From Flectonema sp. DT1601 (Eukaryota): a stretch of 64,000 nucleotides of DNA. The DNA is taken from the NCBI GenBank assembly GCA_964019425.1, contig OZ025795.1, forward strand, positions 620,001 to 684,000. The letters are read 5' to 3'. Each line of letters starts with the position of its first letter. The stretch's first letter is position 1. Position numbers and translations under genes: made by a program. The notes under the pieces are model-generated. The model was not told the origin of the DNA, did no database searches, and was given only the letters and a program-made list of their open reading frames with translations. This document shows, one piece after another, positions 55,242 to 64,000 of the stretch.

Positions 55242-55309
55242 TACACCTCATTGAGTAAGTATGACTCGGTGAGTAAGTACACCTCATTGAGTAAGTACGA
55301 CTCGGTGAG
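55242..55309. repeat. Short tandem repeat, 2 x 36 bp built from 18-bp subunits
   Basis: TACACCTCATTGAGTAAG-TAYGACTCGGTGAG occurs twice in tandem. Confidence 0.85.
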
Positions 55310-55444
55310 ATATTAATATTGTTATTGTCTCATAAGGACACTAAGAACACGGAAAGGTTATCAGATTTGAGAAGACACGAATACGAATACAAATAAAGTT
55401 TGTTTACTATCAGAATTCCAACTGAGGTGATGAGCGAAGTTATT

Positions 55445-58400
55445 TTAGTTTCCAAAGATCAATTCTCTTCGTAAAAGTTTTCCATCGGATCCAGCCGAAA
55501 ACAGAAATCTGTCTGTAAACTGTAAGCAAGAGATACCTGTTGTTTGTGTGTTGTGTAAAATAAAAAGAAATAATCACATCATAACAACAACAACACCAAA
55601 CTCTACACACCTGGAATGCTATCAAAGCTGAAACCAGCAATACGAGAACGAGGATGTACCCCAGAGAAGCTTTGAATCACACCAAGACCCTTACTTGGGT
55701 GAAGTGTTTTAATATCTCCATCAGATGTCCCGACTGCGATTAGATCCCTCCCTGGACAGACAGCAATTGAACGAATTGATGAGGTGTGAATATGAGCCTG
55801 TTGTTTGTTATTATAATTAACTATAATCTCTTACAATGAAAACAATAACACAACAATAAATATCTACATACATGATAAACTGGAAATCTTATATTCGTAA
55901 CATCATAAAGAGCTATCTCACCTCGTCTACCACAAATAATAACATCACGACGTGGCATAATGACTGCAGCACAAGTTGCTTCCATCTCATGAGGAAGGTT
56001 AACTGTCGCAATACCTGGATGACCACCATGACGGAGATGCATCAAATCGTGAAGGATAAGTTGATTAGGTCCCTTACCACCACCAACAATTCCAACTATT
56101 GTACCTTCATCAAGAAAGAATACGCTACTAATTGGTTCTTTATCCTTAGTAACACACACTGGTGAAGGAAGTATCGATGCATCTGACGAAGTCGAAGGAT
56201 CAATTCTCCAACAAGATAAATAACCTTTATTGTCTCCTGCTGCTAGTACAGATCCGTTCAGTGAGAATGCGAGTTTTGTAATAACATGTTCCTTTGATGC
56301 CTTGTAAGTCTTTAAAGGAACATTTGTACCAGAGCCAGTACTGTATAAGTGAACTGTATCAGTGCAGGCAGTAGCGTGAAGTGGTAGTTTTGGATGGCCG
56401 ACGATGTGTTTTATTTTGTTGGCGGAGTAGTCAGACGAAGAATCGGATTTCTGAACTTCCGCCGAAAGTTCTAAAAGTAACTTCTCAGATCGGAAACTAC
56501 GAGACCTAACAGTTCTGTTCCTTCCTCTGGTGAAGCTACCGCTCAGACTACTGTGAGATTCATCATCGCTGTTATAAAAAGTTGTTGCCGGTGGTGATGT
56601 AGCAATTTCCTTCTTTGACTTTACTGGACCTTGTTGAGGACTGTTCTTAACGTGAGAACTACTCGACCGTTTTGATATTTGAGATACCTGTTGTCCGAGT
56701 TGTAATCCAATCTCATGTACTCCTCTAACTTCACAAATAATTGCTAATTTAGTGTGAATATCATCGACTAGGAATGAATAAATACCTTTCTTTGATTTAT
56801 GATCTTCTGAAGTACTTTCCGATAGCGACACTCGAGTTGGTTCAGAAGTTTCATTATTTTGAAAGAGCGAAACAACTTCTCTGATACTACAGGATCCGGA
56901 GACCATCGCTGACTTCTGATGACCGCTGAGTGTGACCAGGTTCTTCTTTTGTAAGATGGTTAGCAGCTTCTTCAGTCCTTCATTGTAGCGACAGACGCTG
57001 TTCAGACTCCAAAGCAGATCGTGAAGTTGAGGAGGAACATCCTGATCATTCTTACGAACTGTGTAACCAGTTAAGTCAGTACGTAAACTATATCTACATG
57101 CATACTTTAATCCTCTCAGTAGTAACAAAGATGTTGGAAGTGTTGGAGATTCAGTCAGCGGAGACAGCCCGTAGTACACTTCGCGATTACTTCTGAGAGG
57201 GAATGAGTGAAGGATGTGCGCTGAGTTCCCGAGACACGAAGCATAGAATTGAAGGTTTGCGACATTAGCTGCCCTCCCCCCACCTAAAATAGATCTTATC
57301 CTAAAGCTAAGGCAATGAGCTACTAATGTAAGTAATGAGTTAGTCATTAAGGAAGTCACACCATCATCAGACTTCTTACTCTGGTTGTCGTATTTCTGAT
57401 CTTCCCACGCCTCTAGAGTCATCGAGTCCATCTTTTTCTTGTCAGCAAAGATTCGATTCATTGCCCCGACTAAGTAACCCTTCTCTCTACTGTCAGCTTC
57501 CCTTTCTGAAAAGTACTGCAGCAGTGCGACCATCTTCGAAACGTTTCTGCTTTCCCACGCATCAACAACCAGGTTTGCGCACAGTGCGCGGAACAGAATT
57601 GCAGCATCTGAAGTGCTGCTCTTTGAGGCAAACATATGGATTAATGAACACAGCTGATTTGTTACATGAGAAGTACTCTTGTGATGAGGCTGATCAGGTA
57701 GTCGAGACTTAACACCCAACAGAGTTATAGAATTGAATATATTAACACACCATTCAATAACTTCGTGTGGGATTGTTTCGAGTGCGCTGATTTCCTTTGA
57801 AATGACCACCTGAATGAGCACCACTGCGATCATATCACTTCGAGTAAGATATGCAGACTTCAGTTGTTCAATAATTGCCTTTTGGTAACTTGACGATATT
57901 TCAAGTTCCGTGGTGACCGCAGCAAAGTCGCTTTTCCAACGTTGCGAAACCGATTCCCAGGTTTCAAGTGATGGAGAAAGACAGAGATTTGATGATAATA
58001 TCGCCAGCTGTGTTTTTAAGATTCCAACAGAGAGTCTCCACTTGACACTGTTGACGATGTGCTGACTGATATCACCATCTTCTTCTTCAGAGTCCTCACT
58101 AGAGTCTGAGTCCATATCTTCTTCCTTCTTAGCGGAAGTGTCGCCTCCCCACATTCCTCCGAAATCCATTACTCCAGAGTCGATCGCCTGCTGTTCTTTC
58201 TTCGCCTCGCGGAGGCGACGCTTCTCAGCCTTCCTCACTTCCTTCTTCGACTTCTGATTGTCAACAGCCGGTGCCATTCCCCAATTCCCGAAATCCATTG
58301 TTCCACTGGCTAGAGCAGCGTTGTCCTGCTCGCTATTCCCACCAACAGTAACATCGTTGTCTGCTTCCCTCTTTGCATCGACGAACTTGCGGAAGTACGT

Positions 58401-61400
58401 CAGTGCCTTGAGGTAATTTTGTCGATCAAGAGAGTCGCAAACACTTCGAAGGAGAAGCCTTGCCTGTCTAGCTGGGGAAAAGAGCGTTTTCTTAATAACA
58501 AATAGCTGCGGAAGGTTACTCACAGCAGTCATTGCTTCGTAACGCAAGTCTGACTGCCCGCAGGTGACTTTCCAGGCGATTTCACCAGCACTGGTATAGT
58601 CGCGAAGAAGCCACTTAATTATATGTTCAGCCCAGGGATCGGATTGATGATTCTGTACTTCCTCCAGTTGCTGTTTTAAAAATGTTTCTGAAATTGGTCC
58701 CAGCAAAGGTGAGTCGTCTGCAAGTCTGCAGATTGCATAAGAGAGCGGCCAGTTACGTAACTTTTGAATAATTGCTCGCGCAGCATCTTCGTACCTACCT
58801 GCCAATAGAAAGTAAGCACAGCCGAGTAGCACACTTCCTCTGCTGAATGCCGCCAGCGCATTCTTAGACGCGATTGTTCGATTTTTCTCTTCACTGAAGT
58901 CACGAGAAAAGAATTCAGACAAGCGTGTCTCTCCGTGAACTTTAAATAGAGTTGACAGCACTGTCATCTTTCCCAAGGCTACGAGTAACATTGCTGCATC
59001 ACGAGGGTTCTTAGACTGCTGGTAGAGTTGGTTAGCTTGCTGATCGCAGACCTCACGGAAGAGTTTATTACTTTTTAACCACAATGGTATCTTTAGGTTG
59101 AGGAAGTCATCCCATGAAAGTCTGTTGTTCTTTACTTTTAATATTGTTTGATATAAAGAATCAGTTCCATCACTCCACAGTGCCCAGGAAACTGATTCAA
59201 ATGACATAACTTCAGTCGATGATTGTTTCTTATGATGATTTGCGTACTCTCTCAGTCTTACAGAATGAAGATATCTGACTGCTGGCTCATCAAGACATCC
59301 GAGGTCACCGTCTACGTGTTTTTCTAATTCCACTAGTGCTAACAAGTCGACAGCTGATGCCGTAGATAATGCGTGAACAGAAGCTCTCCCTAATAAGTCA
59401 GTTAATTCTTCTGATTCAAATGGTTCGAGTCTGGACCCTTCATTTACTCGAATGGTTTCCATCTCTTCCTTGTTGTTGGTTGTTGTTATCGGCCACCCCA
59501 ACATCCCAAAGTATTGTTGTGGATCTTCTACCTCATCGTTACCTGCAGCAGCAACAAGAGTGCTCCCAACCAGATTACTTCCAAATAAATGTTCTTTATA
59601 ATGATGAGAGATACTTTTTAGTGAAACTAATAACCCTCGGAGGGATCGAGAAGCCTTCCAGCTGTTGTCACTTTGAAGCCAATGCGATAATGTTGAAGGA
59701 TGGTAAGGGATCTCTCCCAAAGGTTCTTCTTCGATAGTATCAGTCTTATTAACAACAGAGTTCCAGGATAGTTTATGCTTCTCATCGTGTGTTTGAGTAA
59801 CTTCAATATCATATTTATGAACTACTTCAGGTGATTCATTCACTCTCGCAAACACACTTGTCACTTTGTAATCGACGGTGCTCAACTCAGAAATCTGGTT
59901 ACGAAAATGAGGATGAGTTTCTGGAGGTCCTTCAACAGTAACATTCTTACATGATAAGACTCTAGCTTCGCAATCATATTCAGCGAGTGTTGCAAACAAC
60001 CCTTCTGATGTAACGTAAGCAACAATGAGAGCAGAATGAAGTTGTAATATTACCGCGCGCTGTACAACTGGAGCTTCACCTTCACTCAACTTACTGCCAG
60101 CTGAATGAGCAGCTGAGTCACTCGACGAACTCCACATAACCAGATGTCCATTCCTACTCACGACGGCGAGAAACTGTTCTCTCTGAAGCTCAACAGGTTG
60201 CATATGAACTATTAAGTCAATTTCGACGGGTTCCGATGGCTTCTCGACCTCCTTCAGAATTTTCGTTTCCCTCACTGATTCTTCCGAAACTCCCCCTAGC
60301 GTTGGATGAACGCTACCTGTTCCTCCTTCTGACTCCTTCAAAGGATCCTTCAGTAAGTGAGCGTACTTGTTAGCCACCTCCGATTTACCATCTGTTGGTT
60401 GGGAAGTCTCTTCCGTCGATGTGTTTTCCGACACACCTCCCAGAAGGTGGGCGTACTTGTTTGCCATCGCAGACTTGCCATCTGTTGGATTAGCGCTCTC
60501 ACTTCCTCCTGTTGAAGTGCCTCCCGTCAAGTGAGCGTACTTGTTGGCCATCTCAGATTTACCGGACGTCTGATGAGAATTGTCGTCTTCATCTTCTTTT
60601 GTTTTCTCTTCTAAAGCACTCCCACCTCCCAGTAGGTGAGCATACTTACCAGCCATCGCAGATTTACCAGCGCTACCGCCTCCCTCTGCCTTTTCTGGAG
60701 TACTTCCTCCTAATAAGTGTGCATACTTGCTGGTCATCGCGGATTTACCAGTCGGATTCTCGCTTTCACTGTCTTTCGCCGGTTCTTCTGATGCACTTCC
60801 CAGTAGGTGAGCGTATTTGTTGGCCATCGCGGATTTACCGGATGTCTCTTCCTCTTCCTTCGTCTCCTGTGAAGCACTCCCACCTCCTAGTAGGTGGGCG
60901 TACTTACTGGCTATCGCGGATTTGCCAGCCTGAGGTTCGCCTTCTTCGTCTTTCACTTTAGAGGCAACAGACTTCACAGGAAGTAGGTGAGCATATTTAC
61001 TAGCAGCTGATGACTCTGATGGAACTACCAGCTCTACTGTTGGCTCTTCTTTTGGTTCCACAGTCGCAGAGATAACCGGAAGGGGCAGCTTTGCTTGCAC
61101 AACGACACGGTACGCAGCAGGTGTAGACGGGAGACTGAAGGAACTTGTCGGTTGTGGGTCAATATGTCTGGATGGCGGAGTATCTTTTGAAGTGATTGGA
61201 TTAAAGAAAGATAAAACAGGACTGACATCTATTTCAACAGCAACAGGAACAACATGACTACCAACTCCAACGTATAAAGTAAGAGAGTAGATTGTTGTTT
61301 CTTGAGTGTCGTTCTTAGATACTTTTGAACTCCACGACAAGCCAGAAACCTTCTCACTGAATTCAGTACTACACAACCACGTTAGTTGTCCACTTGGATT

Positions 61401-62705
61401 GGTGTCGTTCCAGAAGATAACACTAGAGCCATCAGTAGAAGCGATTATAGGATATTTTGAGTTCTTTGTTTGAATTAATAATTCCTTACTGTGATTAGAT
61501 AAAGTGTAATGAAGAAGTGGCGGGGATGTTTCAACGAAACCTTTCGAGAGGAAATGCTTCAAATCATATCCCGCAGTCGTCTCTGATAAAGTGAGCATTG
61601 ATATCATTTCTTTGTCTTTATCTAGTTTACGTGAAGATGAACAAAAAAGTATTTTCGATATGTTGGCATCTTGAGATCTGAATTCAATTATTGATACCAA
61701 CTTACTAGTCACACCACGTCTAGGAAGGGAACCAATAGTAACAGAGAATACTTGTAAGTGTGTCTTTGTTGATATCACTACCTGACGTTCAGGGTTTATC
61801 ATATTATGACGGACCATACCAAATGGAGGAGGAGGTACTTCTGGAGAAGGTTGTATCGCATTCACTGGAGGTAACCAAAGTGAGGAATTACAACAATTTC
61901 CTGCAATCAGAATTGAATGCGTCAGAAAGAAGGAAAACGTTCCCTTTGATGTTTGTTGTGTTGAATTCCAAAATCGGATTCTTTGACCAGACAAAGTCAT
62001 AAAGACGACACTGTCATCTATTGATTCCAAATAAGAGAAAGATGTTACTGGTGAAGGATGTGGTAGGGATACTTGAGAAGCTACTTCAGTTGTGTAATTA
62101 TTTGAGGTTTCATCTTCGATATCAACTTTTTTCAGAAATGTGATTACAACGGTTCCGATATTCTCAAAGATTGTTGCGAACTGTGACAGTGCACCAGTCG
62201 GACCCCATTCCATTGAAGATATTTTTTGGTTTTCATAATTCATTAGTAGGAATGGAGCTGATAGCACTGGTAGCGATAACCGATTAGAGTAGAAGTGCTT
62301 TTCAAGTAGACGAATAGTACTCGTGGTTGCTACAACTAGACCACATTCTCCAGCAGAGATCGCAGTGATGATGGAAGCCGTTTCATTATCATCAGAGTCG
62401 AGGATGGTTACGGATTTTGGTTCCCACATCATATCTTCCTCTACTGGTAACACATCATTCTCACTAACATCTTCTGTTGAAGGGACCCATCTTAGAATTG
62501 TGTCTCGTCTGAATGCGTATAACACTTCACCCTCCCCCCAACACACACCATGTACATCCCCGCATTCTAATACTTGCAGTAGCTTTGACCCGTGATATAT
62601 TGTGAGGCATCGAGATCCCAGTGCCATAGCGATCAACACATCTCCCTTGAAGTACCGGCAGCTAACATGTCGCAAGCTCGTTAGTGTGCCTATTTGTGGC
62701 ACCAT
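55445..62705 (-). CDS. RAV1: RAVE complex subunit RAV1 / DmX-like (rabconnectin-3 alpha), 3 exons, ~2370 aa
   Basis: Rav1_C-type signature WALWSD..IPLWL..FFSRDFSEEKNRTIASKNA..YFLLAGRYEDA, with N- and C-terminal WD40 regions. Exons 62705-55872, 55797-55611 and 55536-55445, joined by two 74-nt GT-AG introns that complete the last WD repeats. Confidence 0.88.
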
Positions 62706-64000
62706 TTTCCCAGCGGGGGATCTGATTTAAGAAAAGTAAAAACGTAATTTCCGCTGCTACAAAGTTTCACAAAAAAAACAGGTTTCATCAGACCTCAGAT
62801 ATCGGGTGGGTCAGTGGGGTTAGATGGGATTTCTCGCACCGTCGTTTTACATCTTTCAATTTTCGCCTTTCAATAATTGCTGGCAAGATAATTCAAGTGG
62901 TGCACGCAGAGGAGAAGTAGAGTCCGTCTGGTGTAACCTTCTATATTTATATATATGGCTTTTTTGTTTCTGATGCCTGATAGATTCTTATCATCCGATG
63001 CAAATAATGAACTGAATCTACAGAAAGAATTGATTGCAAAGAGTTTCTCTCACTTACCGATTGCTGCGGTTATTTGATTTTCCACAATTGTTTTGGTTTC
63101 TTTTATAGCAGACATCTCTTCCGTCTTGAATCGGAATTTAGTTTGTTTGTTCTGTTTTTTTTTTTTTTTTTTTTTTTTCTTTCTTCGAAACGAAAAAATC
63201 CTTCGAATTCATAAAAATGAAAACCAAAAAAAGAAAGGTAAGGGAGGAAAAAAAAAAAAAAAAAAAAAGAAACATAAAAAATAAAATGCTGTTTGATATA
63301 ATATGCTGAGAGACCACATAAGGAACACCACACGTGAGGTGCCTCCGAGTCTTCTATTTCCGACGATTGTAATCACATTTGGGATGTTCGGATGTTTTGA
63401 GAAGTAAAACACCACTGTGGCGAATGATAAAGAAAGAGTTTAACCACCATGTCAGAAAACCTGACTCCTATTGTATCAATGATGAGGGCCTAAGTACTCT
63501 GTACATAACCTCCAAACACAAATACATCCCAGGGTGACAACCGACATCGAAGAGAATAAAAGAAAATAACAATGTCGCAACTACCGTCGTATCAAGACGC
63601 ATTATATTGTTTTCATTTACTAGTGTCAAACATACTTTGAAAAGAGCGCAAGATTCTTTAAAAAAAAAGAAAAAATAAGGGGGAAAGTGTTACAGCAAAT
63701 CCCCTTGTGCGACAGGGTAGAACGTTATGCGTAAAGGGGTTCGTTGTCCTGACTAACCAGTTTTCAAAAAATGAAATATCACAGGCGTTGTCCGTGTGAT
63801 GATTTTCTTTTTTTATTCTGATTTCTCTCAAGATGAGTCAGTCACTTTGTAGCGTGGGAGGGAAAAGAAATATTAAGACACGAGAAAAAAAAGGGGTGAA
63901 AAAATAAATAGAATCGTCACATGAATGATTAAGAGTTAATAACTAATAAAAACAGAAGGCAGAGAAGATCAACTAAACAAAAGAGAGGCGAGAGCGTACT

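Noticed and set aside
1..64000. Alternative genetic code
   Set aside because: Conserved genes translate fully with the standard code and end in TAA, TAG or TGA. All interruptions are explained by introns.

Overview
This window is AT-rich eukaryotic genomic DNA, not prokaryotic. All credible genes lie on + from 39 to 16430 and on - from 20966 to 62705, separated by a convergent strand-switch gap holding transposon debris. That layout, the short GT-AG introns, the pyrimidine-rich AG acceptors just before start codons and a trypanosome-type cyclase point to a euglenozoan, most likely a diplonemid (inference). About 25 protein genes are supported, including a GH31 glycosidase, AKR, CIAO2B/MIP18, BTB-WD40, a TRPV-like channel, MTHFR, a 7xCCHC protein, REV1, PITP and RAV1/DMXL. 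Two small spliced genes are missing from the ORF track. The most striking object is a 3-exon, ~1551-aa gene (36786-41632, -) encoding Amt - extra TM - degenerate Amt - class III cyclase - pseudo-cyclase, a candidate eukaryotic ammonium-sensing receptor. Second, 11 of 12 cis-introns end in A/C-rich tracts, while presumed trans-splice acceptors are pyrimidine-rich, suggesting a cis/trans discrimination code. All calls come from manual reading; no database searches were run.
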